Positions 40,697-53,253 are shown, counted from the stretch's first letter. The stretch is DNA of 64,000 nucleotides from Mobula hypostoma (GCF_963921235.1 NC_086119.1:43896001-43960000), one strand, 5' to 3'. Numbers and translations: made by a program. Notes: a model not told the origin generated them from the letters alone.

Positions 40697-43600
40697 ACAA
40701 TTGATATTATTTTCTTCTGGCGAAAGTTGATTTTTTTTTGTTTGAAACAGCTCAGAGCACAAACTGCCCAGTCACGTTTGAGTACCGATATAATTTCCCT
40801 ATACTGAGTTTGAAGTCTCCACAAGTTCCACTCGCGAATCTTAAGAGAATGGTGCCATTAGGGATTTTGAAGGAATACCTATTACTATTTTAATTACAGC
40901 AAAGACAATTAAGGAAGGCAAGATATAAAAATCTTAAGATACAACACTGGAAACTGAATATATTTTTAAACATTACTTGTTCAGCCTTAAGTTAAAGTAG
41001 TCATCTACCAAAGTTCAGATCAGAGTATTAGCAATATCTTTGTTTTATATGGGCCACACATAAGACCATAGATATAGGAGCAGAATTATACCATTTGACC
41101 ATTGAGTCTGCTCTGTCATCGAGTCATCGTGGCTGATCCAATTTTCCTCTCAGCCCCAATCTCCTGCTTTTTCCCTGTATCGCTTCATGCCCTGACCAAT
41201 CAAAAGTCTTTCAAGCTCTGCTTTAAATGTACATAAAGATTTGGCCTCCACAGCTGCCTATGGAAAAGAACTCCACAGATTTACCATGATCTGGCTAAAG
41301 AAATTTCTTCTCATCTCCATTCTGAAAGGGTGCTCCTCTATTCTGAGGCTGTGTCCTCTGGTCTTGGACTATTCCACCATAGGAAACAACCTCTCCAATC
41401 CATTCTCTCAAGGCCTGTCATCATTCGACAGGTTTCAATGGGGTCGCCCCTCATTCTTCTGAATTTTACTGAATACAGGCCCAGAGCCATCAAACGCTCC
41501 TCCTATGACAAGCCATTCAATCCTGGAATCATTTTGAACGCTCTCCAGTTTCAACACATCCTTTCAAAGATAAGGGGCCCAAAACTGCTCACCGTTCTCC
41601 AAGTGAGCCCTCACCAGTGCTTTACAACATTACATCTTTGCCTTTATATTCTAGTCTTCTTGAAATGAATGCTAACTTTGCATTTGCCTTCCTCACCACT
41701 GATTCAACCTGCAAATTAACATTTAGGGAATCCTGCACAAAGACTCCCGAGTCCCCTTGTGCCTCAGTTTTTGGTATTTTCTCTCCATTTAGCAAACAGT
41801 CAAACCTTTCATTTCCTCTATCAAAGTGCATGACCATACAGTTCCCGACACTGCCATTACTTTACCTGATCTGTCTAAGTCGTTCTGTAGCTTCTCTACT
41901 TCCTCAAAACTACCTGCCTCTCCACCTGTCTTCATATCGTCTGCAAACCTTGCGACAAAGCCATCAATTCCATCATCCAAATCATCAACATATAATGTAA
42001 AAAGAACTGGTCCCTACACAGACCCCTATGGAACACCACTAGTCATCAGCGGCCAGCAGAAAAGGCTTCCTTTGTTCCCACTCTTTGCCTCTTGCCAACA
42101 GCCATTACTTTATCCATGTTAGAATCTTTCCTGTAATACATGGGCTCACAGCTTGTTAAGCAGCCTCACATGTAGCACCTTGTCAAAGGCCTGGTGAAAT
42201 TCCAAGTACACAACATCAACTAATTTTCCTTTGTCTATCCTGCTTGTTATTTCTTCAAAGAATTCCAACAGATTTGAAGACTAATGCAAAAGACTTATTC
42301 AGTCCATCTGCCATTTCGTTGTCCCCATTTACTACCTCTCCAGCATCGTTTTCCAGCAGTCGATAATCCACTCTCACCTCTCTTTTGCACTTTATGTACC
42401 TGAAGAAACTTTTGGTATCCTCTTTAATATTATCGGCTAGCTTACTTCCGTATTCCATCTTTACCTTCTTAATGACTTTTTTAGTTGCCTTCTGTTGGTT
42501 TTTAAAAGCTTCCCAATCCTCTAACTTCCCACTAATTTTTGCTTTATTATATGCCCTCTCTTTGGCTTTTATGTTGGCTTTGACTTCTCTTGTTAGCCAC
42601 AGTTGTGCCATCTTTCCTTTAAGATACTTCTTCCTCTTAGGGATGTAAATATCCTGTGCCTTCTGAAGTACTTCCAGAAATTCCAGCCATTGTTGCTCTG
42701 CCATCATCCCTGCCAGTGTTCTTTTCCAATCAATTCTGGCCAACTCCTCTCTCATGCCTCTATAATTCCCTTTCCTCCACTGTAATACTGATACATCTGA
42801 CATTAGCTTCTGCTTCTCATTTCAGGGTGAATTCAATCATATTATGATCACTGTCCACTAAGGGTTCTTAGAGTTTAAGCTCTCTAGTCAATTCCAGTTC
42901 ACAACACCCAATCCAGAACGGTAGATCTCCTTCCTGGGCTCAACCACAAGCTGCTCTAAAAAGCATCTCATAGGTGCTCTAGAAATTCCCCCTCCTGGAA
43001 TCCAGCACCATCTTGATTTTTCCAATCTACCTGCATATTGAAATCCCCCATGACTATGGTAACATTGCCCTTTTGCATGCATTTTCTATCTCCCATTATA
43101 ATTTGTAGACCACATCATTACTAATGTTTGGGGGTCTGTACAGGACTCCCATCAGGGTCTTTTTACTCTTGCAGTTCCTTAACTCTATCCACAATGATTC
43201 AACACCTTCCGACCCTTTGTCACCTCTTTCTAATGATTTGATTTCATTTTTTATCAACAGAGTAAAGCCACTCCCTCTGCCTTCCTGCTTGACCTTTTGA
43301 TACAATGTGTATCCTTGTACTTTAAGTTCCCAGTTATAATCTTCTCTCAGCATGATTTAGTGATGCATACAACATCATACATGCCAATCTGCAAACGTGC
43401 TCCAAGTTGATCGACCTTATTCTATATACTGTATGCATTCAAATACAACACCTTCAGGCCTGTTTTCACCCTTTTCAATTTTGCCTACCTTTTACGTTGC
43501 AACTCATCCCATTGACTGCAGTTTTGCCCTATCAACAGCATCTCCTGACTACACATTGCCTCTGTTTGTAAACCACCTACTTTGTCTTCAGCACTATCAT

Positions 43601-44463
43601 CCACCTTTCCTACGATACTTCTTGCATTGGAATATATGCAACTCAGGACACTAGTCACACCATGTTCAATCTGTTGATTAACGCAACACACATCAAAGTT
43701 GCTGGTGAATGCAGCAGGCCAGGCAGCATCTCTAGGAAGAGGTACAGTCGATGTTTCAGGCAGAGACCCTTCGTCAGGACTAACTGAAGGAAGAGTGCGT
43801 AAGAGATTTGAAAGTGGGAGGGGGAGGGGGAGATCCAAAATGATAGGAGAAGACAGGAGGGGGAGGGATGGAGCCAAGAGCTGGACAGGTGATTGGCAAA
43901 AGGGATACAAGAGGATCATGGGACAGGAGGTCTGGGAAGAAAGACGGGGGGGGGAACCCAGAGGATGGGCAAGGGGTATATTCAGAGGGACAGAGGGAGA
44001 AAAAGGAGAGTGAGAGAAAGAATGTGTGTATAAAAATAAATAACAGATGGAGTACGAGGGGGAGGTGGGGCATTAGCGGAAGTTAGAGAAGTCGATGTTC
44101 ATGCCATCAGGTTGGAGGCTACCCAGATGGAATATAAGGTGTTGTTCCTCCAACCTGAGTGTGGCTTCATCTTTACAGTAGAGGAGGCCGTGGATAGACA
44201 TGTCAGAATGGGAATGCGATGTGGAATTAAAATGTGTGGCCACTGGGAGATCCTGCTTTCTCTAGCGGACAGAGCATAAGTGTTCAGCAAAGTGGTCTCC
44301 CAGTCTGCGTCGGGTCTCGCCAATATATAAAAGGCCACATCGGGAGCACCGGACGCAGTATATCACCCCAGCCAACTCACAGGTGAAGTGTCGCCTCACC
44401 TGGAAGGACTGTTTGGGGCCCTGAATGGTGGTGAGGGAGGAAGTGTAAGGGCATGTGTAGCAC

Positions 44464-44928
44464 TCCCTTGTCCATTCGTCCCCCCCATCCCTCCCCACTG
44501 ATCTCCCTCCTGGCACTTATCCGTGTAAGCAGAACAAGTGCTACACATGCCCTTACACTTCCTCCCTTACCACCATTCAGGGCCCCAAACAATCCTTCCA
44601 GGTGAGGCGACACTTCACCTGTGAGTCGGCTTGGGTGATATACTGCGTCCGGTGCTCCCGATGTGGCCTTTTATATATTGGCGAGACCCGACGCAGACTG
44701 GGAGACCGCTTTGCTGAACACCCATGCTCTGTCCGCCAGAGAAAGCAGGATCTCCCAGTGGCCACACATTTTAATTCCACATCCCATTCCCATTCTGACA
44801 TGTCTATCCACGGCCTCCTCTACTGTAAAGATGAAGCCACACTCAGGTTGGAGGAACAACACCTTATATTCCGTCTGGGTAGCCTCCAACCTGATGGCAT
44901 GTACATCGACTTCTCTAACTTCCGCTAA
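44464..44928 (+). pseudogene. Penelope ORF C-terminus: Cys-rich linker (CKQNKCYTC) and GIY-YIG endonuclease; RT missing
   Basis: VIYCVRCSRCGLLYIGETRRRLGDRFAEH...VATHF...LEEQHLIFRLGSLQPDGM; the mirrored copy on the left arm has a premature stop at 44262. Confidence 0.9.
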
Positions 44929-45222
44929 TGCCCCACCTCCCCCTCGTACCTCATCTGTTATTTATTTTTATACACACATTCTTTCTCTCACCCTCCTTTT
45001 TCTCCCTCTGTCCCTCTGAATATACGCCTTGCCCATCCTCTGGGTTCCCCCCCCCCCCTGTCTTTCTTCCCGGACCTCCTGTCCCATGATCCTCTTGTAT
45101 CCCTTTTGCCAATCACTTGTCCAGCTCTCGGCTCCATCCCTCCCCCTCCTGTCTTCTCCTATCATTTTGGATCTCCCCCTCCCCCTCCAACTTTCAAATC
45201 TCTTACTCACCCTTCCTTCAGT

Positions 45223-45260
45223 CAGTCCTGACGAAGGGTCTCGGCCTGAAACGTCGACTG
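45223..45260 (+). ncRNA. Minimal type I hammerhead ribozyme motif, intact core
   Basis: cagtc-CTGACGA-agggtctcggcct-GAAA-c-GTC-gactg; stem I cagtc/gactg; predicted cut after 45255. Confidence 0.8.
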
Positions 45261-46621
45261 TACCTCTTCCTAGAGATGCTGCCTGGCCTGCTGCGTTCAC
45301 CAGCAACTTTGATGTGTGTTGCTTGAATTTACAGCATCTGCAGAATTCCTGTTGTTTCCAATCTGTTGATTCCTAACTTTGTCTGAAGTCCAATGTCTGT
45401 CTCCACAACCTCTCCACTATCTGTTCTGGCACTCTGGCTCCCGTCCCCCAGCAACTCTAGTTTAAACCCCACCATGCATTATTAACAAACTTTCCCGTTA
45501 GGATACTAGTCCCCCTCCAGTTCAGGTGCAAACCGTCCCTTCTGTACAGATCCTCTCTTCCCTGGAAGAGAGCCAATGATCCAAAAATTTTAAGCCCTCC
45601 CTTCTACACCAACTCCTTAGCCATGTGTTAAACTGTATAATCTTCATAGTTCTGGCCTCACTAGCACGTGGCATGGGTAGCAATCCTGAGGTCACAACCC
45701 TGGAGGTCCTGCCCTTTAACTTAGCAACTAACTCCCTTTGCAGAAGTCATCACTCGTCCTACCCATGTCAATGGTACCTACATGGACCACAACTTCTGGC
45801 CTTTCACCCTTCCACTTAAGAACGCTGAGGACTCGTTCCGAGATATTCCGGACCCTGACACCCAGGAGGCAACATACCATCAAGGAATCTCATCTTGCCC
45901 ACAGAACCTCTTGTCTGTTCCCCTAACAAACAAATTGCCTATCACCATAGCTACTGAGATTGGTATCAATAATTTAAAATGACATAAATTTGTATAATGT
46001 TACAGTAGTGCTACCATAGAAATTCTAGATGATGAAGTTAGGAATATTTAACCTTCATAAGATTGATAGTAACAGTTGTGTTTCAAGTCATTGTGCCAGG
46101 CCACAACTGTATCTAGTTCTGTATAATTTTTCTGCTTGGTAATAGTGTTCTTAACCGAGTCTGTTGGAGAAGTAAATAAAGCAGGTTTGAACTCCTACTC
46201 AGAAGTGTTAATATTGCGACACAGATGATGGTCTTTGTTAAAACTATATGTAAATAGAATTATTCCAACATTTTCTTTATAATAAATCAACAAAGTGCAA
46301 CAGAGAGACTGCTGCAGCCACATAACCAAATACAGAACTACATTTTGGTGACTTGAGAGAGTTTGATTTTTTTTTCAGCAAAATGAAAATTGTCATACTT
46401 AAAAAGTGATATATTGGACTTGCAAATAGTCTACGATTTAGAAAGTATAAATAAAGTGGCACTACCTCAATAATTGTATCAGCTTGGGTGGCATGATGGT
46501 GGAGCTAGTAGTGCTGCTGCCTCACAACCCCTCAAATACTAGTTAAACTCCAATAATCCAGTTATTCCAGTTATCCAATAATCGGGGTTCAATTTTGACT
46601 CAAGTGCAGTTTGTATGGAGT

Positions 46622-47350
46622 TGCTATGTACCAGCAGCAATAGATATGAAATTGAGTCGGGTTTTTATAAATAAACAACGAAATTTATTAACCTCTACTC
46701 AAAAACATAGAACAGTAAACAAACGACTAACTTAAACGGAAGTTAACAGTGTTATGCGTCTAAAGTTATCAAACAATCGAACTTAGAGACAATTCTTAAC
46801 AGATCTTACTCAAACACAGTCTTAAGTGGTAGTTCAGAGTCCAAGTGATTTATGAAATAAATGAGAGGAGAGACTTCCTGATCCAGCGATGAAGAAAAGA
46901 CGAAACTGCTGATGCAGATTCCAGCCGAGAAATGCCTTGTCCGAAGATATCACGAAGAATACGATTTCTCACAGTAACTGACCTTTCGCAGAAGGTGGTC
47001 AACACACAACACCCGAGACCATGCAGGGCTTAACTAAAAGTCTGTGCCACAATACCCATATGGACCTTACCAAATGTCAGTCACATTCAAGGCACACAGA
47101 ACGCCGTTGATTTCTTGGGTTCGTACAAAGCTGGCAAATTCTTCACTCTCACTCTCTCTCTTTCCTCGATTACATAACCACCGACTGTGACTCCCCAACA
47201 AAACAACTACACAACAAACTGCAGTCTCCCCCTTTATACCGATTGGAACATACCATCATGTGACATCACATCATCCCATTATCACGACCATTACATCATA
47301 CTAATATCACGAGACAATTACATCATGCCAATATCACAAGACAATTACAT
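46622..47350 (-). mobile_element. Probable LTR remnant inserted into a V-SINE
   Basis: Starts tgctatgta exactly where a SINE core breaks off; minus-strand AATAAA (~46684) and TATAAA (~47235); short internal repeats 47255-47350; other end not defined. Confidence 0.5.
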
Positions 47351-48098
47351 CAAATTCATGAGAACTTTTAAGAATATGTTCTTGACGAGGACTCTTGCAG
47401 CATATAGGGTTAAAGGTCAATGCCTGTAAATAAATTGGTAGAAACTGGCAATAGTGTGATGGACAGAACATATTCAATAATTTTCATGAAAGTTCATTGA
47501 GACATCTGCTTATAAACCACAAACATGAATCAGTCAATTCACTAGAAATTGCTAATATAGGTGTAGAGAGACTATTTTTGTAACAATATCCAAAGAGAAC
47601 TACTGTAACCTTTTAAATCTTTGGAACTTCTTCAAAGGGCAATGGAAGCAGAGCCTTTTTATTTTGTGACGTAGATAATTGATTAGGGAAGGGTTACCAC
47701 AGGTATATGGAAATGGACAGTTGAAGTTATCATGTCAGGATATCTTATTAAAAGGCAGAGCAAATTTATGACCAATTGACCTACCATTGCTCCTAATTCA
47801 TGTAGTTTGAGTTGTAAGCAATTATTTCACATTAGGGGTGATGTAAGGTACAGACTCATTGCATTAAATAAGTAATTTTTAACTCTATACTAGCCTCCTT
47901 CAACAGATCCTGGTCCACCTTCATGGTGTATTGCATCAGAATGGGTAACAGCATAGTCGAGGATACCTTCCATTCTCTTCCACATTCAGGTGCTTGGAAG
48001 CTCAGAAAACTGTACTTGAGAGTAGCTTCTCCTCCACTGCTATCAGACTTTAAAACAGATCAATTCTGAGGCACAAGAAACTGCAAATGTTGAAACCT

Positions 48099-48330
48099 GG
48101 GACTGTTGACGATTCAGAATCGTTAATGATTCAGGACTGTTGACGATTCGGGACTGTTGACGATTCAGCACTGTCGATGATCGGGACTGTTGACGATTCA
48201 GGACTGTCGACGATTCGGAATTGTCAACGATTTGGGACTGTCGACAATTCGGAATTGTCGACGATTCGGGACTGTTGACGATTCGGGACTGTTGATGATT
48301 TGAGACTGTTGATGATTTGGGACTGTTGAT
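48099..48330. repeat. 17-bp minisatellite (gggactgttgacgattc), about 13-14 copies
   Basis: Tandem repetition seen directly, inside a Penelope-type end. Confidence 0.93.
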
Positions 48331-48418
48331 GTTTCAGGTTCAGACCTTGCATCTGCTTTCCCTTCCCCTCTGGATGGTGCTGCCACATTCTTGAAACTTT
48401 AATCAACCTCTTCCATTA

Positions 48419-49197
48419 CACTGGACAATGAAGATTTTGCTTCCTGAATACTATTAGGTATATCTTATGGATCTTGGGCTGCGGATCATGAAAGTCACCA
48501 TGATATTTCCCTATCATGCACCATATCTTTGAAATCACCTTTTTTTTTAACTTCAATTCATAATTCAAGTCAGAATAACCGATGCCAAGATTAAGGAAGG
48601 TATTTTTGTTGGTCCACAAATCAAACAGGCCATCAATGACAGGCAATTCGAAGAACTTCTAGTGAGACCCGAGAAAAATTGCATTGAAGGCATTCAAAGA
48701 TGTTGCTGAAAACTTTCTTGGCAACTAAAGAACACCAAACTGCATTGAGCTGGCTGAAAACATGCTTCAAGCATACAAAGCCATGAGGTGCAACGTGTCA
48801 CTAAAGATTCATTTCCTGCATTCCCATTTAATCATCTTCCCTGCAAATCTTGGTGATCTTTCACCGGGACATTGTGGTCATGGAGAAACTGCATCAGGGC
48901 AACCAGAATCCATCAATGCTGGCTGATTATTGTCGAACACTTATGCGAGAAGCCTCAGACATGGAAAAAAAAATGAAAATCATCAACAAACTATTTTTAG
49001 CTTAGTTGAACTATTGCAAAGTGTTAACGCCATTTTGCAATTAAAGGCATTATACTCAATAAAAGGTAATTTCTTGTTTCTCCAAATTCCTACGTGATAA
49101 AAGTAGTCTGAAATTATATTTGTGTTCAGCTTCAAGTAGTCTATCATTAAAAGAATTCTGAAGAAGCAATACTTTTGAGAAAAATTGTTATCCAGTG
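48419..49197 (+). mobile_element. Internally deleted Chapaev3-like (CMC superfamily) DNA transposon
   Basis: CACTGGA...TCCAGTG termini; flanks tta/gta; transposase remnants DAKIKEGIFVGPQIK, SLKIHFLHSHL and MLADYC. Confidence 0.75.
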
Positions 49198-49399
49198 GTA
49201 TTGTCATTTAGGCATTTCTATATGCACCACCTCAGTTTTCAGTACTATATTTCTTTGCACCATTCTATCATAGTTTTTGCACCAATTTATGTATTTATTG
49301 TCATGTTTATTATTTACAAGTACACTGCTTACTCTGAGTTTCACATGAGCAAGGAAATGAATTGTTCCCTGGTGCATACAACAATAAACTAATGTGAAT

Positions 49400-49645
49400 C
49401 TGAACTTCCCACTTCTGTGGGAAGTGGGATCCTGTTCTATAATCCGAGTGCCCGTCCTTTGAAAATCTCCATGAACTGTGGCCCATCACGATCACAGGGA
49501 TGCCATATCTGGTAAACCATCCTTTGAGCTTGTAAATGATCTTGAAGAATGGGTCCTTTAAACTGCAGTTTGTAAAGTAACTGCCATTTTCCAATCTGAT
49601 CTGATTTTCACCATGGATCAGTATCAATCTTGCTGAAAGTGACGT
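49400..49645 (-). mobile_element. Degenerate Gypsy-like integrase fragment, probably continuing at 50911-51080 beyond the Penelope insertion
   Basis: IIYKLKGWFTRYGIPVIV resembles the integrase core ..F.RYG.P..I. Confidence 0.5.
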
Positions 49646-49750
49646 GTTTCCTTTACCTGAGGAAATCTGCAGATGCTGGAATTTCAAGCAACACACATAA
49701 AAATTGCTGGTGAATGCAGCAGGCCAGGCAGCATGTCTAGGAAGAGGTAC

Positions 49751-49787
49751 CGTCAACGTTTCGGGCTGAGACCCTTCGTCAGGACTA
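49751..49787 (-). ncRNA. Minimal hammerhead motif, core intact, GUU triplet, short stem I
   Basis: Minus strand reads agtc-CTGACGA-agggtctcagccc-GAAA-c-GTT-gacg. Confidence 0.65.
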
Positions 49788-50799
49788 ACTGAAAGAAGAG
49801 ATAGTAAGAGATTTGAAAGTGGGAGGGGGAGGGGAGATCTGAAATGATAGGAGAAGACAGGAGGGGGAGGGATGGAGCCAAGAGCTGGAAAGTTGATTGG
49901 CAAAAGGGATATGAGAGGATCATGGGATGGGAGGCCTAGGGAGAAAGAAAGGGGAGGGGAGAATCCCAGTGGACAGAGCGTAGCTGTTCAGCAAAACGGT
50001 CTCCCAGACTGCGTCAGGTCTCCAGGGATCACTCCCTACGCGACTCCCTTGCCCATTCGTCCCCTCCATCCCTTCCCACTGATCTCCCTCCCGGCACCTA
50101 TCCTTGTAAGCAGAACAAGTGCTACACATGCCCTTACACTTCCTCCCTTACCACCATTCAGGGCCCCAGACAGTCCTTCCAGGTGAGGCGATACTTCACC
50201 TGTGAGTCGGTTGGGGTGATATACTGTGTCCGGTGCTCTCGATGTGACCTTTTATATATTGGCGAGACCCGACGCAGACTGGGAGGCCGTTTCGCTGAAC
50301 ACCTACACTACACTCTGTCCGCCAGAGAATGCAGGATCTCCCAGTTCCCACACATTTTAATTCCACGTCCCATTCCCATTCTGATATCCCCGGCCTCCTC
50401 TACTGTAAAGATGAAGCCACACTCAGGTTGAGCAACAACACCTTATATTCCTTCTGGGTAGTCTCCAACCTGATGGCATGAACATTGACTTCTCTAACTT
50501 CCGCTAATGCCCCACCTCCCCCTCGTATTCAATCCGTTATTTATTTTTATACACACATTCTTTCTCTCTCTCTCCTTTTTCTCCCTCTGTCCCTCTGAAT
50601 ATACCCCTTGCCCAACCTCTGGGTTCCCTCCCCCTTGTCTTTCTCCCTGGGCTTCCTGTCCCATGATCCTCTCTTATCCCTTCGCCAATCACCTGTCCAG
50701 CTCTTGGCTCCATCCCTCCCCCTCCTGTCTTCTCCTATCATTCTGGATCTCCCCCTCCCCCTCCCACTTTCAAACCTCTTACTAGCTCTTCCTTCAGTT

Positions 50800-50835
50800 A
50801 GTCCTGACGAAGGGTCTTGGCCCGAAACGTCGACT
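50800..50835 (+). ncRNA. Minimal type I hammerhead ribozyme motif, intact core
   Basis: agtc-CTGACGA-agggtcttggccc-GAAA-c-GTC-gact; predicted cut after 50831. Confidence 0.8.
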
Positions 50836-51319
50836 GTACCTCTTCCTAGAGATGCTGCCTGGCCTGCTGCATTCACCAGCAACTTTTATGTGTGTTGTTT
50901 CCTTTACCTGGTCCCTTTCTAGAAAGTCTTACATTCTGCACATAGGCTCTGGCTCTCTGTTCACTCGGGGGCAAGTGAGTACTTTCTCGTTTTGTGTGGA
51001 GTCAACCACTCAAACGCGGTAGTGAGAAACAAACATTTCTAAAGACCATTGGAAATAATTCGGATAATGTGCAGCTCGGGTGGTCGATGGTTAGAACATA
51101 GAAACATAGAAAACCTACAGCACAATACTGTAGGTGTGCTGAACATGTCCTTACCTTAGAAATTACCTGGGGTTACCCTTAGCCCTCTATTTTTCTAAGC
51201 TCCTTGTACCTGTCCAGGAGTCGTGCTGTCCTCCGATCTTGGCAATTTAATTGCAAACGTTTTGTCACCATACGAGGAGACATCGTCAGTGCGCAATTAA
51301 TTGTCAGCTTGATGGCGAT

Positions 51320-51735
51320 CTCCAAGCTGATGGCATGAATATCGATTTCTCAAACTTCCGGTAATTCCTCACCATTTCCCATTCTCATTTCCCTCTCACA
51401 CCTTCTCTTCTCACCTACCCATCACCTCCCTTTGGTGCTCCTCCCCTCTCCCTTTCTTCCATGGTATTCTGTCCTCTACTATCAGATTCCCCCTTCTCCA
51501 GCCCTTTATCTGTCACCAATCAACTTTCCAGCTCTCTACTTCACCCCCTCCTCCTCCCCCCGTTTCACCTTGTACTCCTTCCTCCACACCCCCATCTTCT
51601 ATTCTGGCTTCTTCCCCCTTTCTTTCCAGTCATAATGAAGGGTCTCGGCCCAAAACGTCGACTGTTTACTCTTTTCCATAGATGCTGAGTTCCTCCAGCA
51701 ATTTGTGGGTTGCTCTGGAGTTCCAGCGTTTGCAA
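51320..51735 (+). mobile_element. Penelope 3' fragment with a mutated hammerhead (51627-51664)
   Basis: ORF-end remnant ctgatggcatgaatatcgatttctcaaacttccggtaa, pyrimidine-rich UTR, cagtcataatga...caaaacgtcgactg. Confidence 0.8.
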
Positions 51736-52379
51736 GTAAATTGCCAAGATCGGAGAAAAACTCAACCCAACCACTTTTGATCGGCTTGAGAACCAAAAGC
51801 GTCAGATGCTGTAAATCTGAGATGAAAACAAAAAATAGTGGGAACATTTAGTAGGACAGGTAGGATCTGTGCATAGAGAAATAATTTCAGGTTGACGTCT
51901 TTCTATCATATGCACGTCCATATGAATTTCAGTATATGAAGTAGTTTTTCTTTGATATTAAAAGCAGATGCCAAACTATTGAGAATTCCTGTCAGTCACC
52001 TTATGTACAGATACTCCTTTACATAAAATCACTTCATGTACAGTACGTACAATCAGTCTACATATAAACTAATCTATTTATATTGATCGTGTTTTTCACT
52101 GTATCCTTAACTCTTATTGTGTTTTTATCGGCTGTATCGGATCCGGAGCAACAACTATTTCGTTCTCCTTTTCGATTGTGTTCTTAGGAATGACAATAAA
52201 CAATTTTGAATCGATTACTGGCATTTTCTGTTCTTATTTCAAATTTCTAACATCTGTAGATTTTTAAAGTCTTCATTAACCATATTTTAAACATTAATCC
52301 GTTTTTATTGCACAACTTTGCCCCCGAGGTAAAAGTTAATTAATAATCCTGGTAATTAAAAAAGCGCCTCAGGTTTTTA

Positions 52380-52750
52380 TTTGTGTTGGCAAATAATGAA
52401 AGCGGCTGACTGGCTTGCTCCTTTAAATGACGGCCACGTCACTCAGGCTGCAGCAGAGACAAAGAAGGAGCGAGGGGCTGTTAAAGGGGAGGTTTGCGGC
52501 CTAGTAGAGCTTGGGCCGCGGTTATCACTGAGTTTTCCTGACAGGTCAGTGAAGGCGAGCCGGGTAGGCGGGAGGCTCCATCGGGCCGGGGAGGGTCGCG
52601 GTCTGTCCCCGAGTTGAGAACGGGCTGCAGGCTGCCCTGGACCTGCTTCCTGTGGCCCGTGGCTGTTTATGCGAGAGGGGATTAACTGTGAACGGCTCAA
52701 TGTGTCTGGGCCTGGAGGCCTCGGCCTCGATTTGTGGCGTGGCCGCTTCC
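52380..52750 (+). promoter_or_regulatory. LIG3: CpG-rich probable LIG3 promoter and non-coding exon 1 (donor cag/gtcagt after 52544)
   Basis: GC/CpG-rich non-repeat sequence upstream of the LIG3 coding exon; CRE/E-box-like tgacggccacgtca ~52428-52441. Confidence 0.6.
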
Positions 52751-53249
52751 AAGATGGGGATGAGGGGAAAACAAGAGTCAGGCAAGATGCTACTTAGATA
52801 GGAAGAGCACACTGGTTTAGCAGCGTTGTTGATGGTGGTTAAAAAATTTAACCACACACAGCTTCAGCCCTGATGCTGTGAATAAGATGTCAGGGGACTC
52901 TCCTTATCTCCTGATAACCGTCTTGAATCGTGTTGCCTAGTAAGTGCATCGTGTCTAATTGGGTGACGTAAAGCGCTTTACAGTTTAAATACCTCTCCTC
53001 TCGGGCAGAAGATATAAAAGCGTGAAAGCACGTTCTATGAATCTCAAGGACAACTTCTACCCCTTTGTTAATAGTTCCCAAGTACGATGATGCGGACTCT
53101 AGACCTCCCAATCTATCCCGTTATAATCCTGCACCTTATTGTTTACCTGAAATGCACTTTATCTGTGACTGTTACGTATTGTTATTGTTTTACCTCAATG
53201 CACCATGTAACGATAAACACAAGAGATTCTGCAGATGCTGGAAATCCAC

Positions 53250-53253
<4 letters not shown>

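Larger units (their letters stand above)
43680..45358. mobile_element. Penelope-like (Neptune-type) 5'-truncated insertion arranged as a ~780-bp-arm inverted repeat, 13-bp TSD
   Basis: Arms 43683-44464 and 44537-45322 are reverse complements; TSD caatctgttgatt at 43667-43679 and 45359-45371. Confidence 0.92.
41058..45950 (-). mobile_element. Long degraded CR1 LINE (ORF1 esterase-like end, APE endonuclease, RT), split by a Penelope insertion at 43680-45358
   Basis: SCIYSNARSI, ESLWIELRN, VLYRPPN, WLTREV and RFADD translations; CR1 tail near 41060. Confidence 0.88.
49660..50895. mobile_element. Second Penelope-like fold-back insertion with frameshifted GIY-YIG, TSD up to 15 bp
   Basis: VIYCVRCSRCDLLYIGETRRRLG; inverted ends; TSD tgtttcctttacctg at 49645-49659 and 50896-50910. 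Confidence 0.9.

Noticed and set aside
43485-45376. Repeated ORFs such as MLVNAAGQAASLGRGTVDVSGRDPSSGL and PDEGSRPETSTVPLPRDAAWPAAF as a novel gene family
   Set aside because: They are chance translations of the non-coding Penelope terminal repeat and hammerhead on both strands
43680-50895. Autonomous Penelope element
   Set aside because: Only the linker and GIY-YIG end are present; I found no Penelope RT domain in the window
52381-52857. ORFs in the GC-rich island as a separate gene
   Set aside because: Open frames are expected at high GC and none has recognisable homology; better explained as LIG3 promoter, exon 1 and intron start
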